From: an uncultured Gammaproteobacteria bacterium | Lineage (GTDB): Bacteria > Patescibacteriota > Patescibacteriia > Patescibacteriales > GWC2-42-12 | Length of the DNA: 64,000 nt | Reading direction: 5' to 3' | Assembly: GCA_964560005.1 (NCBI GenBank) | Contig: CAZLKB010000001.1 | Location: 13,079-77,078 of the forward strand | Shown here: one piece after another, positions 46,101-56,800 of the stretch | Layout: each line of letters opens with the position of its first letter | Position numbering within the stretch: position 1 is the first letter of the stretch | Notes under the pieces: model-generated | The model's database searches: none | Seen by the model: the letters and a program-made list of their open reading frames with translations, nothing else | What the model was told of the DNA's origin: nothing | Translations under genes and position numbers: made by a program

Positions 46101-46627
46101 TTTCTTACGGCGGCCAAAACGAACAGAACACCGAATCGGTGGCTTCAATTTTAAGAGCCATGATTATGGCCGGCTTGTTAATTATTTCCACTTTAATAAT
46201 CCAATTCAATTCGTTTAAAAAGGCCTTGATCGTCTTGGTCACTATTCCTTTAGCCTTGATCGGCGTCTTCTACGGCCTGGCGATTTTCCGGCTGACGCTT
46301 TCCTTTCCCGGGCTGATCGGCATCGTGGCGCTCTTCGGTATTGTGGTAAAAAATGCTATAATTTTAATTGACAAAATAAATTTGAATTTAAAAAGCAAAA
46401 TCCCTTTTTACGATGCCGTTGTGGACGCGGGCAAATCCAGAATGGAAGCCATTGTGATAACCTCCATCTGCACCATCGCCGGCATTATCCCGGTTACTCT
46501 ATCTAACGAAACCTGGACCGCTCTGGGCGGCGCCATTATTTTCGGCCTGATGCTCTCTTCTTTCTTCACTTTATTCATCGTACCGATACTATTTGTTACT
46601 TTCGTCAGGCCGAATGAAAGATTCTAA
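43175..46627 (+). CDS. RND family efflux transporter permease (AcrB/HAE type)
   Basis: 1150 aa with 12-TM, two-large-loop RND topology. Motifs include LGLLVDDAIVVV and FGIVVKNAIILID. Confidence 0.9.
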   Translation: MEQNLNFTKPVNDKNSETDTESKSSDYLYLEKLTFRPELRKGILNFFVSNFRVVILLIILLTIGGIYSYNQLPLESQPEVKIPFAVVITTYPGASPTDVEELITKKIETKIAGIKDVKTITSNSSNSVSSISVEFDARADLATSIRSLRDQVNTLKNDLPADANDPTVNEISFDDTPIFSFSLAGPYDGFSLRTYAETIQDELEKISGVRQVNVSGGDTREFAIAYDPQKLTFYNLSPDQANQIVKATNLVFPGGNFEGQKYSYPIKADARFYTAEKIGDTPLYHNDNGAIIYLKDIAKVSEQAVEKTVYSRFSDKGKPAENGVNISVIKKTGGNIVNTADAAKAEINRLLKTFPPGLYYDITVDTSEQIKKDFTQLSHDFLLTIILVFSILFLIVGLKEAIVAGLAVPLVFFATFGVMLYTGITLNFLSMFSLILALGLLVDDAIVVVSATKQYINTGKFTPEEAVLLVLNDFKVVLTTTTLTTVWAFLPLLSASGIIGEFIKSIPITVSVTLISSLIIALIINHPLAAVLERVRLTKKIFLSLVLPLFAAAVGLIFLKSYPGYGLALIIFVILTLLVRFYVKGGRIIMEENYRLKEAEWTDDELIKKKLIYQSSHCGGSFYNRLIHGIVRFDKILPIYEKFLCKILSVKKYRLTTLAIVLVLFISAISLPLTGIVQSEFFPASDFDYLYINITAPVGTNLDETDKITREIEARLYKYKEISNFSTVVGTAGTDSGSFSASVDSPSNKGQITVKLVDAKQRNIKSYQFSDTIRQDLADIKTASITVDTPSGGPPSGADFEARISGDDLQVLDKIARDLRPYLTSIKGVINDDISLKDSPADYTFVLDPARLELYDLNAAYVGSMIRLAISGTEVTTILSQGKEIKVMARFAKDKIPNLEAVQNLQILNLKKQPVFLHDVATVKLEPSVETISRIDQKRTVLLSAGVNKDNLPAAVVKEFENQVLKNYKLPEGYAISYGGQNEQNTESVASILRAMIMAGLLIISTLIIQFNSFKKALIVLVTIPLALIGVFYGLAIFRLTLSFPGLIGIVALFGIVVKNAIILIDKINLNLKSKIPFYDAVVDAGKSRMEAIVITSICTIAGIIPVTLSNETWTALGGAIIFGLMLSSFFTLFIVPILFVTFVRPNERF

Positions 46628-46637
46628 AACAATACTT

Positions 46638-47120
46638 ATGAGCTACTACATCCGCCCCGCCATGGTTAAAGATATAAAAGAAATCTATCGGCTGATTTCT
46701 TATTACGCGGAAAAGCAGTCTATGCTGCCGCGGGATAAAAATTATCTTCATCAATTTATCAGCAACTACGCGGTAGCTATCCACGAGGGGAAATTCGCCG
46801 GCGCCTGCGGGCTAAGGCTTTGGCGGCCGAATCGCCTGGAAATAATTTCTCTCTGCGTAAAGCCAAAACTCCAAGGCCGGGGCATCGGCACGGCGCTAAT
46901 CCAGGAGCGGATCAATCACGGTGTAGCGCTAGGCTATGATTATTTCTTCACCCTGACTATGTCGCCGAAAATATTCGAAAAATTAGACTTCAAAAAAATA
47001 AATTTCAAAAAATTAACCCTAAAAGTCCAGGCTGATTGCCGGCTTTGCCCTAAAAATGATGCCGGTCCGGGCAAGGGCGGATGCAATGAAACCCCTTTGG
47101 AATTAACGGTTAAACCGTAA
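46638..47120 (+). CDS. GNAT family N-acetyltransferase
   Basis: VKPKLQGRGIGTALIQ is the acetyl-CoA binding Q/R-x-x-G-x-G motif. The track start at 46593 overlaps the RND gene, so I prefer ATG at 46638 (MSYYIRPAM). Confidence 0.75.
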   Translation: MSYYIRPAMVKDIKEIYRLISYYAEKQSMLPRDKNYLHQFISNYAVAIHEGKFAGACGLRLWRPNRLEIISLCVKPKLQGRGIGTALIQERINHGVALGYDYFFTLTMSPKIFEKLDFKKINFKKLTLKVQADCRLCPKNDAGPGKGGCNETPLELTVKP

Positions 47121-47124
47121 AATA

Positions 47125-48417
47125 TTACAGGAACTTCGCCCGGCTTCTTAATTTCCGATGATAACCGATGGCAAAGCGATGCGCTTCGTCGCGCACTCGC
47201 TTGATTAAATGCAAGGCCGGCGAAGCCAGGGGCAGTTCTAAGGGTTTAGCTTGGCCGGGAAAAAATAATTTATCCAGTGCGCCGGCCGACCTTAAACCCA
47301 ATCCTTTGGCTATGGCTATAAGCGGAGTCTCTATCTTCCGCTTTTTTAAAATCCCGGAAGCCACGTTTAGTTGAGCCTTGCCCCCGTCAATAATTATTAG
47401 GTCTGGCATAGGCCAATTATTATTAAATCTTCTTTCCAACACTTCTCTCAACATACCCGTATCGTTGGCTTCTCCTTGGCCGATCCTAATTTTAAATTTT
47501 CGGTATTCATTTTTATCCGGCTCGCCGGCGTTAAATACTATCATGGCTCCGACCGCCTCGCGGCCGAAAATATTAGCGATGTCGTAGCCTTCAATCCGCT
47601 GAGGAGTTTTAGGCAAGCCTAAAACCTTAGCCAACTCCACTACATCGTTAGCATATTTCTCGCCAACCGACAGCACTCTGGAGCTAGCCAAAACTTGCTC
47701 CATATTCCTTAGCTCAAATTTTAACTTGCTCAATTCTTCATTCACGGCATTCTCGCCAATCCGCGAATTTGTATTATATTTTTCTAACTCCTTAATTCTA
47801 ACTTCTAAATTCTTAATTATTTTCCTCTTCTTGCCTTCTAAAAATAAAATCAACGGCTTAATTACTAGTTTCATATATTCCTGCTTGGTAATCTTGCCGG
47901 CGCAAATACCGAGGCAACGGCCGATTTGATAATAAAAGCAGGGTCGTTTTTGAACTTTTCTCATAGTGCAGTAAGGGAAAATTTTTCTAATGGCGCGCAC
48001 GGTTTCCCGAGCCGCCAGCGAACTGGTGAACGGGCCGAAATATTTACCGGCCTGATCTATTTTTCTGGTTAAAAACACCCCGGGGATGTCGTCTGCGGTG
48101 GAAATTTTAATATAGGCAAAACGCTTGTCGTCGCGCATCAGGACATTGTAATAGGGCTGATATTTTTTTATTAAATTTGCTTCTAATAACAGAGCTTCAA
48201 TTTCGCTGTCCACCACCAGCCATTTTATCTTTTTTATTTCCGAGAGCATTTTATTCTTAGCCGGCGAATGATTTACGCTCACACGCCAGTACGATAAAAC
48301 TCGACTCTTCAGATTAGCCGCTTTGCCGATATAAATGATTTCATCCCTCTTGTTATAGAATTGATAGCAGCCGGGAGTGGTTGGGATATTTAGTTTTTTT
48401 ATTTGCTCTAGGATCAT
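47125..48417 (-). CDS. uvrC: excinuclease ABC subunit C, short form lacking the C-terminal (HhH)2 domain
   Basis: GIY-YIG motif (GCYQFYNKRDEIIYIGKAANLKSRVLSY) and the RNase H-like endonuclease domain (IEGYDIANIFGREAVGAMIVF...RDEAHRFAI). It is 430 aa, against about 600 in the typical UvrC I remember. Confidence 0.9.
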   Translation of the reverse strand: MILEQIKKLNIPTTPGCYQFYNKRDEIIYIGKAANLKSRVLSYWRVSVNHSPAKNKMLSEIKKIKWLVVDSEIEALLLEANLIKKYQPYYNVLMRDDKRFAYIKISTADDIPGVFLTRKIDQAGKYFGPFTSSLAARETVRAIRKIFPYCTMRKVQKRPCFYYQIGRCLGICAGKITKQEYMKLVIKPLILFLEGKKRKIIKNLEVRIKELEKYNTNSRIGENAVNEELSKLKFELRNMEQVLASSRVLSVGEKYANDVVELAKVLGLPKTPQRIEGYDIANIFGREAVGAMIVFNAGEPDKNEYRKFKIRIGQGEANDTGMLREVLERRFNNNWPMPDLIIIDGGKAQLNVASGILKKRKIETPLIAIAKGLGLRSAGALDKLFFPGQAKPLELPLASPALHLIKRVRDEAHRFAIGYHRKLRSRAKFL

Positions 48418-48420
48418 AAA

Positions 48421-48530
48421 AAATGTAAAGTGTAAAAATCAAAATGAAAAATGACAATTTAAAGTTTAAAATGAATTAATAATTTTACATTTTGCATTAT
48501 CATTTTACACTTTGAGATTTACATTTTAAA
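48421..48530. repeat. AT-rich inverted repeat, 'TGTAAAA' subfamily, directly upstream of uvrC
   Basis: AAATGTAAAGTGTAAAAATCAAAATGAAAAATGACAAT opposes ATTATCATTTTACACTTTGAGATTTACATTTTAAATT. Confidence 0.85.
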
Positions 48531-48605
48531 TTATATTACCACTTCCCCCAATAAAAAACAACTCTTATCTCTAAAAGTTGTTTTTTACTTCTGACTTCTA
48601 ATTTC

Positions 48606-48782
48606 TTACTTAACCTCAATCGCCTGCACCGGACAGCTCTCGGCCGCGTTTTTGGCGCAAGGCAAATCTTCCTCGCTGATCACTTCGGCCTTGCCTTCGG
48701 CGTTCATCTTGAAAACCGCCGGGCAGAGGGCTTCGCAGGTGCCGCAGCCGATGCATAATTCTTTATTGACTTTGATGGACAT
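48606..48782 (-). CDS. small single-cluster ferredoxin (58 aa, below the ORF-track cutoff)
   Basis: Hand translation gives MSIKVNKELCIGCGTCEALCPAVFKMNAEGKAEVISEEDLPCAKNAAESCPVQAIEVK. It has the C-x-x-C-x-x-C...CP pattern of short 4Fe-4S/3Fe-4S ferredoxins. The + ORF 48652..48840 is its antisense shadow. Confidence 0.8.
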   Translation of the reverse strand: MSIKVNKELCIGCGTCEALCPAVFKMNAEGKAEVISEEDLPCAKNAAESCPVQAIEVK

Positions 48783-48953
48783 AAGGTTAAAATTTTTAAT
48801 TTTAAATTTTATAATTTTTAAACAATTTTTAATGATTTAATTTTCAATTTTAAAACAGGCCTTTAAATATATTTTGTTTAAAAATTTAAGTATTAAAAAT
48901 TGAATATTGTTTAAAAATTAATAATTAATAATTAATAATTGAAAATTTGTCTT
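48783..48953. repeat. AT-rich inverted repeat between gyrA and the ferredoxin gene
   Basis: AATTTTTAATTTTAAATTTTATAATTTTTAAACAATTTTTAATG opposes ATTAAAAATTGAATATTGTTTAAAAATTAATAATTAATAATTAATAATTGAAAATT. AATTAAT is repeated three times in tandem. Confidence 0.8.
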
Positions 48954-51713
48954 TTAAACCCATGTCACGCACGCTACCTTATCCGATTCTTCCTTAAAGC
49001 GCATTAATCTGACGCCCTGCGTATCCCGACCCAAGAGGTTAACGCTCTTAAACGGCAACCGGATCACCTGGCCTTTTTCCGAAATTATAATTATATCTTT
49101 TTCTTCCATGGTCTCGGCGTTAACAATAAAGGCGTTAATCAATTTTCCGGTCTTGGGGGTTACTTTGGCTGTTTTCACCCCTGAGCCGCCCCGACCCTGG
49201 ACTTTATAAAGCCCCACGGCCGAACGCTTGCCGAAACCGTGTTCCAGGATGGCCAAGAGCTGGTATTTCTTAACTTTTTCTTTATCATTTTTAATAATAC
49301 CCATGCCGACCACCGCGTCGCCCTGCTTTTTTAACCTGATGCCGCGAACGCCGGCCGCGTTCCGCCCCATGTCCCGGACATCGGTTTCCTCAAATCTAAT
49401 GGCCTGGCCCATGGCCGTCACCAACTGGATATGATCGTCGCCGGAAGTCGGTTTGGTCCAAATTAATTTATCATCATCTTTTATTTTAATGGCGATCAGC
49501 CCCGAGCGCCGGACATTGGCGAAGGCTTCAATTTCCACCTTCTTGACCAAGCCCTTTTCCGTGGCGAAAAATAAGTACTTGCTCTTGGCTAATTTATCCA
49601 ACGGTAAAACCGAGGTGATTTTTTCGCCGCCGGCCAACTGCAGAAAGTTAACGATCGGCGTGCCCTTAGCCGTTCTGGTAGCTTGGGGTATTTCGTAAGC
49701 CTTGAGCTGGAAAACCCGCCCCTTGGTGGTAAAAAATAATAGATCATTATGAGTGAAAGTGGTGAACATAAAATCAACCATGTCTTCTTCCTTGGTAGTC
49801 AAACCGATAACGCCCTTGCCGCCCCGTCCCTGCACTTTGAAAGTGTCCGGCGCGGTGCGCTTAATGTAGCCGTCTCGCGTCATCATGACCACGGCTTCTT
49901 CGTTCGGCACTAAGTCTTCGGTGGAAAATTCCTTGACCCCGTGAGCGACAATCTTGGTTTTTCTGTCATCGCCGAATTTTTCCGCTAAATCCTTTATTTC
50001 TTTTTTAATAATATCTTTTATCTTATGAGTTGATCTTAAAATTGATTCCAGATCTTTAATTAAAGCCCTCTTTTCCTTAAGTTCATTTTCTATCTTCAGT
50101 CTTTCCAGGTTGGCCAAAGTGGATAGTTTCATGTCCAAAATCGCCAAAGTCTGGCGCTCGGACAGTTTAAACTTCTTCATTAAATTAACTTTGGCCACTT
50201 CCTTATCTTTACTGGCTTTAATGATCTTTATCACCGCGTCAATATTGTTTAAAGCGATCATCAAGCCTTCTAAAATATGAGCTCGCTCGCGCGCTTTATC
50301 CAAATCAAACTGGGTGCGGCGCTTCACCACCTCGGCGCGATGCTTAATATATTCTTCCAAAACCATTTTTAAAGTTAAAACCTTGGGCTGAATGCCGTCC
50401 ACTAAGGCCAGCATATTAACATGGAAAGTTTCCTGAAGCTGGGTCATCTTAAACAAGCTGTTTAAAATCTTCTTGGGGTAAGCGTCTTTCTTTAAATCAA
50501 CTACAATTCTGACCCCGTCCTTATCCGACTCGTCGCGCAAATCTTTAATGCCTTCCAATTTTTTATCTTTTACCAGCTCGGCGATTTTTTCTACCAGGGA
50601 CGATTTATTAATCTGATAAGGTATTTCGGAAATCACAATTTGAAATGAGCCGTTTTTATTTTCCACCACTTCGGCCACGCCGCGCATAACGATGCCGCCC
50701 TTGCCGGTGGCGTAGGCTTGCAATATATCTCTTTGATTATAAATTACGCCGCCGGTCGGAAAATCCGGCCCCTTAACGAACTGCATTAAATCCTCCACAT
50801 TAGCTTCAGGCTTATCAATTAAATGAGTAATGGCGTCGGTTAATTCTCTTAAATTATGAGGCGGAATATTGGTCGCCATGCCCACGGCTATACCCATAGT
50901 GCCGTTTAACAGCAGGTTGGGTAATTTAGCTGGCATCACCAAGGGTTCCTGATGCGACCCGTCAAAATTGGGTATGAAATTCACCGTGTTTTTGTCAATA
51001 TCAAACATCAGCTCTTCCGCAATGGCGGATAATTTTGCTTCGGTATAGCGCATGGCCGCGGCGCCGTCCCCGTCCATGGAGCCGAAATTGCCCTGACCGC
51101 GAACCAGGGTGTAGCGCATGGAAAAATCTTGAGCCATCCTGACCATGGAATCGTAGACCGCCGAATCGCTGTGCGGATGGTATTTGCCTAAAACTTCGCC
51201 GACGACCGTCGCCGATTTCCTGAATCTGGCTCCGGCCCTTAGCCCAATGCTCCACATGGCATAAAGAATCCGGCGATGCACCGGCTTGAGCCCATCGCGC
51301 ACATCCGGCAGAGCCCTGGAAACGATCACGCTCATAGCATAATCCAAATATGACTGGCGGATTTCATCAACCAGAGGCCGCGGCTCAACCAAGCCATAAA
51401 GAGTTTTTTCCTTTTTAGATACCGTTTGATTGGGAATTGAGCCAACGCCGTACTTTTCTCCGGTTTCATCGGCCTCCGCGCCGGTTTCCGGCTTTTTCTT
51501 TGTTGGTTCAACCGCCAAATTATTTATCTTGTCATCCTGAGCCTGTCTCTTGTCATCCTGAACTTGATTCAGGATCTTTTTTCCCGCCACCGGCACAGCT
51601 ACGATCTTTTTCTCAACCTTAACCTTAGCCGGCTGCTTGAGCTTGGCTTTTTGTTTCGGCGCGATCGCCTTGGGCTTTTTCTTTAATACTTTTTTTGCCA
51701 TTCTATTTGTCAT
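48954..51713 (-). CDS. gyrA: DNA gyrase subunit A with a ~100-aa basic N-terminal extension
   Basis: [32 protein letters not shown], the active-site region [10 protein letters not shown], and C-terminal beta-pinwheel repeats. The extension includes a palindrome-encoded [13 protein letters not shown] at about 51530..51585. Confidence 0.95.
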   Translation of the reverse strand: MTNRMAKKVLKKKPKAIAPKQKAKLKQPAKVKVEKKIVAVPVAGKKILNQVQDDKRQAQDDKINNLAVEPTKKKPETGAEADETGEKYGVGSIPNQTVSKKEKTLYGLVEPRPLVDEIRQSYLDYAMSVIVSRALPDVRDGLKPVHRRILYAMWSIGLRAGARFRKSATVVGEVLGKYHPHSDSAVYDSMVRMAQDFSMRYTLVRGQGNFGSMDGDGAAAMRYTEAKLSAIAEELMFDIDKNTVNFIPNFDGSHQEPLVMPAKLPNLLLNGTMGIAVGMATNIPPHNLRELTDAITHLIDKPEANVEDLMQFVKGPDFPTGGVIYNQRDILQAYATGKGGIVMRGVAEVVENKNGSFQIVISEIPYQINKSSLVEKIAELVKDKKLEGIKDLRDESDKDGVRIVVDLKKDAYPKKILNSLFKMTQLQETFHVNMLALVDGIQPKVLTLKMVLEEYIKHRAEVVKRRTQFDLDKARERAHILEGLMIALNNIDAVIKIIKASKDKEVAKVNLMKKFKLSERQTLAILDMKLSTLANLERLKIENELKEKRALIKDLESILRSTHKIKDIIKKEIKDLAEKFGDDRKTKIVAHGVKEFSTEDLVPNEEAVVMMTRDGYIKRTAPDTFKVQGRGGKGVIGLTTKEEDMVDFMFTTFTHNDLLFFTTKGRVFQLKAYEIPQATRTAKGTPIVNFLQLAGGEKITSVLPLDKLAKSKYLFFATEKGLVKKVEIEAFANVRRSGLIAIKIKDDDKLIWTKPTSGDDHIQLVTAMGQAIRFEETDVRDMGRNAAGVRGIRLKKQGDAVVGMGIIKNDKEKVKKYQLLAILEHGFGKRSAVGLYKVQGRGGSGVKTAKVTPKTGKLINAFIVNAETMEEKDIIIISEKGQVIRLPFKSVNLLGRDTQGVRLMRFKEESDKVACVTWV

Positions 51714-51844
51714 TCCCGCCCGTCTCGCCGTATCGTAGCCGAGGCGGACGAAGGCGGCTTGCCCGCCTTGGGTGAGGAATCAAAATTATTGCTTAATTAA
51801 TTTTACATTTTAAATTGTCACTTTACATTTTGATTTTTACATTT

Positions 51845-52402
51845 TCAATTTTCTACCGTACTGCTCGCCGTCGTACTGGACGCCACCTCATTTAATAACT
51901 TTCCTTTTAATAAATTAATTTGTTCAGCAGTAAGCTCCGATTCTTTGGGCAAAGCGCTGGACGCGTTTTTCTGTATCTGCTTAATTTGTTCTACGCCTTG
52001 CTTAACCTGCGTCATTGCTTTATCTAATTCAGACTTGGCCTGGCTCCAATTAAATAAATTTCCCGAATTTTTATTCGCGCTGGACTTAAATTCATATTTT
52101 AAAGTAAAGATCCAGGCTATAAAAAATACCGCCATTATACAGCTTATTCCCACCCACATGATTAATTTCTTTTTTTTCTCTTCTCCTTCATCGACGGGTT
52201 CAATCTTATTTTCCACAATCGCCGGCGGCTGTTCAGTTGCTGGAAAATTTTCAGCCTTCGGCGCGTTTATCTTTTTTACCCTTGGCTTTTTAATTTTTTT
52301 CATCTGTACGCCTTCATGCCCGTCATTAGCTTTATCTTGGCTAACCTCTATATTATCATTCGTAATTCTTTTTTTTCTCCCCCTTTTTGGCATAATATAC
52401 AC
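51845..52402 (-). CDS. single-pass membrane hypothetical protein
   Basis: 185-aa ORF with a basic N-terminus, one TM helix (LIMWVGISCIMAVFFIAWIFTL) and a C-terminal soluble tail. No motif recognised. Confidence 0.45.
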   Translation of the reverse strand: MYIMPKRGRKKRITNDNIEVSQDKANDGHEGVQMKKIKKPRVKKINAPKAENFPATEQPPAIVENKIEPVDEGEEKKKKLIMWVGISCIMAVFFIAWIFTLKYEFKSSANKNSGNLFNWSQAKSELDKAMTQVKQGVEQIKQIQKNASSALPKESELTAEQINLLKGKLLNEVASSTTASSTVEN

Positions 52403-52534
52403 TTAAATAATCGCTTTATTTAAGCGACTGAAACTACTTAAATTGTAGCAAAAAAAATCAAATAAGTAAACAGTTTTTAACCTTATAACCAGCCAATTTT
52501 TTTATCAAATTTCATGGCTAAAATTAAACAAAAA

Positions 52535-52566
52535 CTCCGCTTTAACGGAGCTTTTATACTTAAAAT
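52535..52566 (-). terminator. rho-independent terminator of the 99-aa gene
   Basis: The minus strand reads AAAAGCTCCGTTAAAGCGGAGTTTTTG. Confidence 0.6.
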
Positions 52567-52576
52567 TATATTAAAA

Positions 52577-52876
52577 TCACGCCGAAATCTTAGCGAATGG
52601 TTCCATAGCCAAAATTTCTTTTGTTTCAGCTTCGGAAATAACTTTGCGCCTCTTAAGTACATCTATCAATTTTCCAACTTTAGTATCTTCTTTGCGCGTC
52701 AATACCACTAGATCGCCGCGCAAATCGGACAACTTATCATCTAAATAGTCCTTAGTCACCATCGTTGATTCAATTTTGTCTAATCTTGTCTCAACTTTAT
52801 CAAAACGACCGCCAATGCCATCAAATTCTTTTTTCATCATCACCGCCAAGGTATCAATTGTTATTTTTTCCTCCAT
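52577..52876 (-). CDS. small coiled-coil protein, paralog of 2172..2417
   Basis: 99-aa ORF with the shared N-terminal motif ITIDTLAVMMKKEFDGIGGRFD. Confidence 0.55.
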   Translation of the reverse strand: MEEKITIDTLAVMMKKEFDGIGGRFDKVETRLDKIESTMVTKDYLDDKLSDLRGDLVVLTRKEDTKVGKLIDVLKRRKVISEAETKEILAMEPFAKISA

Positions 52877-52934
52877 AGAATAAATATTATGGCTTAATTA
52901 TAAATTACTAAAAACGCTTTGTCAAGACCAAGTT

Positions 52935-53579
52935 TTACAGGCTCAACACCACCAATTCCATATCTTCAGACGGCAAATCCTTTTTGCTGATTTTTAATTT
53001 CTCCTCGGTTCGCGGCTTAATACCCAGCTCTTTTATAAATTTTTCTATACCGTCAATATCCACTTTTAATCCCGGAACTTTATAATGCATCGGGATTACT
53101 ATTCTGGGCTCTATCTGCGAAATCACTTCTACGGCCTTGGCCGCGTTGATCGTATACTTCCCGCCCACCGGAATTAGTAAAATGTCCGTGCCTTCCAATT
53201 TCTCCAATTGTTTGGTATCTAAAATATGGCCCAAGTCGCCTAAGTGAGTAATGGAAATGTCTTCCACCTCAATCCTATAAATAATGTTCTGCCCCCGCTC
53301 TTTGCCGTCCTGGCTGTCGTGCCAAGCCTCTACGCCTTCAATAAACACGCCCTTGATTTCATATTCCCCGGCCATATTGATTATTTGCGGGTTGCCGCGG
53401 ATGGCGCCCACATTATTATGGTCGTGATGATCGTGGCTGACCGTAACGATGTCGGCTTCAAAACGAGGCATCTTTAGACCCATATCATCGCTATAAGGGT
53501 CAGTCACCAGCATTACGCCGTCAGAACCGATTTTGTCCTGCAATTTAAAACATGATTGTCCTAGCCAAGTTATATACAT
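52935..53579 (-). CDS. metallo-beta-lactamase-fold hydrolase (UPF0173-like)
   Basis: MYITWLGQSCFKLQ...VTVSHDHHDHNN (H-x-H-x-D-H type metal motif) ...THLGDLGH. Confidence 0.8.
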   Translation of the reverse strand: MYITWLGQSCFKLQDKIGSDGVMLVTDPYSDDMGLKMPRFEADIVTVSHDHHDHNNVGAIRGNPQIINMAGEYEIKGVFIEGVEAWHDSQDGKERGQNIIYRIEVEDISITHLGDLGHILDTKQLEKLEGTDILLIPVGGKYTINAAKAVEVISQIEPRIVIPMHYKVPGLKVDIDGIEKFIKELGIKPRTEEKLKISKKDLPSEDMELVVLSL

Positions 53580-53649
53580 AATTTTCTTTCTGTCATTGCG
53601 GGCTTGACCCGCAATCCAGATTTTTTATATGCTTCTTATTCCAAAATTA

Positions 53650-53856
53650 TTAGTTTTTATTCTCCAGCAAGCTCTTCGCCGCGTTCATTATATTTATATC
53701 ATTCTGAACTAAGCTCTGGGCGTATTTCAGATCTATTTCGGCGATCCTTCTATTCACTTCATCTAAATAATCCTTAGCTTTCCTGTTTATCGCCTTAAAT
53801 TCTTCCAATAAATCTTGAGCCTGGGTTTGATTTATTTTTCTATTATTTTTTGGCAT
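53650..53856 (-). CDS. small coiled-coil hypothetical protein
   Basis: 68-aa ORF, 18 nt downstream of the 1155-aa gene. Predicted all-helical, with no motif recognised. Confidence 0.4.
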   Translation of the reverse strand: MPKNNRKINQTQAQDLLEEFKAINRKAKDYLDEVNRRIAEIDLKYAQSLVQNDINIMNAAKSLLENKN

Positions 53857-53874
53857 AAAATTAATAATTTAACT

Positions 53875-56800
53875 CTAACTTATTATTCTCTTGATTATTT
53901 CCTCGGCTTCGCTTCTAGCCTGTTCCTCAGTTTTTCCTCCTACTATTCGGTAATACCCGACATATGATTCAATTGCCTCAACATTCGTCATCTCCTTGTC
54001 GGCCCTCTTATCTTCTTTACCAAAAAATTTTTCTAAGGCCTTTCTCTGTCTAAAGCTGGAATTCGGTAACGCAAACTCGTTTAACCAAGCGGCGCTAGAA
54101 AAGGTAATTTTTTCTTGCTGCGATTCTACAGACTCCACGCCCGGGGTGGGCTTCGAAGACATATCGGATGAAATATCTTTTTGTAATGATTCAATCGCTC
54201 TATCTACTATAATTTTAGCTTGAACCATTACTGCGTCTCCGGTTATTTCACCGCCGTCCTTTAAAACCCCCGCAATTGAGTCTATCGCTTGATCTTTAGT
54301 TAATGAAATGCCATTCTTATCTTTAAAATATTTTTTTATCGCCTGCGTCATCTTACGATTATTCTTGGTAATAACCTCGCTTAATTCAGCCACCAACTTG
54401 GCGGCGACTAATCCTTCTATAATTTCGGAATCTTTTGTTGATTCAACTTTCTCCTCTTTATTGGTACTAACGGTTTGAACTTCAGGTCCTTTTCCAGGGT
54501 CTGCGGGTGATTCTTGGGTTGAGATTTGGTCGAGCTTATTTTCAGGGCCTGGTGTAGTAACTGTATCGTCTAATCCTTGTATTAGTTGTTGACTTGTCGG
54601 TCTTATTACTGATCCTCCCTTCCTAGTTGATCCTTGTCTTCTCGCATTTTTAATAACTTTGTCTCCAGTATCATCCACTGGCTTAGGTCCGCTTCCTTTA
54701 ATACTTCCACCACCAGCCCTACCACTTCTTTCGCCCGCCGTTGATATTTTATCCGCCGGTACTACGGGCAAATTTTGATTTAAAACCTCTTCTAAATCCT
54801 TCGCTGGTGCTTGGGTATCAGCCGATGCAGCTGCCTCCTGCCGCGATAAGCCATTTTCGCTAACGGAGACTTTTCCGGTTTGCTTGTATTGCCGCCAAGC
54901 TTCATCAATATTCTTCGCCAGCTTATTAAATTTATTATCAGTTGCCTCTACCGCTTGATCATATCCTAGTCTCTTAGATTCCATTAAATATCCCACATAA
55001 GCCGTCTTAGCCTTATCCAGATTAAGCACCGCGGTTTTAAAATACCCCTTGCCTTCTAATTTAAACTGCTGTTTAGCGATCTTCAGCGCCGACCCCCAAA
55101 GTCCGTTAGGGAAAATAACCTCAAGCCAGCGGCCGGCCTGCAGTTTAATTTCTTCCCGCTCCGCTCTTTGTTCAGTGGCTGGTTCCGGCTCAGTTTCAGA
55201 TGATTCAACCGCTGGCGCGTTTTCGGCCTGATTTTTAGGCGCGCGCCTTCCGCCTTCGGGCTTGAATCTAAAAAATCTTTTTATTGCTCCAAACCACGCT
55301 CCTCTGGTATTTTTTCTTGTTTCCGGGCTAGCTTGCCCCTGATCTAAGGCGACTCTTTTTTGGTCTAATTTTGCAACTTCCTTGTCATAATCATCGTCCG
55401 AATACGCTGCCGCCTCTTCATCTTTTCCGGCATTTACCCTAACTTCCTGGGCTTTGTTAATAGCTTCGCCTATAATTCTTTTATTATTAAAATCAATTGT
55501 CTCTATTATATTATTCACTTCAACCTGGCTTTTAAATCCTCCGCTAACCTTTTTTTGATAAGAGTCTTTAATTTGAATAAAATTTTGGTTCATTTCCCCT
55601 GCACAGGCTTCAACTGACTCCATGTTCCCGGTGCTTGCCTCGGATTGAATTTTATCTCTTAATAGATCATTTTGATGCAATAACCCATTTAGCATATGGG
55701 TATTCTCAAAATCTTCAGCTTTAAATGTGGCCGCTTCATTACTTGTTTCCGCCTTAACTCCTTGACTGACACGAAGGCGGGCAATATCTTCATTATTAAG
55801 TTTTATTCTTGCTTTATTTTTATTCATTCCGGCCGGTCTCGCTTGTTCGGCCTCAACCCCTATTTTTCGCGCTGTTCCGGTTATTTTCCCGGACTTAATC
55901 GGCACTTCAAATCCTGCCTGTTCTTTACCTGTCTTATTTTGACTGGCTCCTCGCTCACCGCTTGGTACTAAATTTTCATCTAACTCTTTTTCAGATTGTC
56001 TTTCATATTGTTCTGGGTGTTCCAGACTATCATATTCAAATTGTTCGCTGCTAGCGCCTTGAACCGATGTTTGAGCCGCTTTTGTTTGAACGGCGCCAGG
56101 AGCGGCTCCCATAAAAGTACCCGCTGGAACTTGATCTTTGCCCGCTTCCCCGGTCTTGGCTTTTCCCGCTTTTAATTCATCCGAAGTCTTGCCGATTTTA
56201 TCAATTCTAGCTCGGGCTCGTTCAACTTCATTCTTTCGCCTGTTTAATTCTTTTATTCTAGCGTCTAATCTAACTCTTTCATTAGTTAAACCTTGTAAAT
56301 CAGCTCTTTTAGAAGCCTCCTCTGCTTTCCATTCAACCGCCTCTTCGCCTAAAACCTTAATAACTTCGCTTGCGCCTCCAACTAACCTTATTTTCTGCTG
56401 CAACGCTTTGATTTCCTCTTTATAGGTTGCTTCTTGAGCTGTTACTACGGTTAAAACTTCAGCCGAGCTTTTTAAGGCTATCTCAATGCCTTCCTGATTT
56501 TTCTTTAATGGTCCGGTAAAAGTTTCTAGTTTAATTTTTAAAGCGGTTTCTTTTTCATCAATTAATCTTTGTTTAAGCATCATTTCTTTTTCCAGTTTAT
56601 CTATTTCTGGTTTTTTCAAGTTTTCTCTTAAGGCGTCCGTTTGATTCCTCAGCTTTTCCAAACTATCTTTCTCCTGAATTAAATCTATGCCGTCCATAGT
56701 CGCTAAATTTTTTAACTTCTCTTCCAATATTTCACCGGCCTTTTCTATAGCCTCCGATTCACTTCTGTCGCCGTAATATTTTTTTTCAACGCGCCCACCT

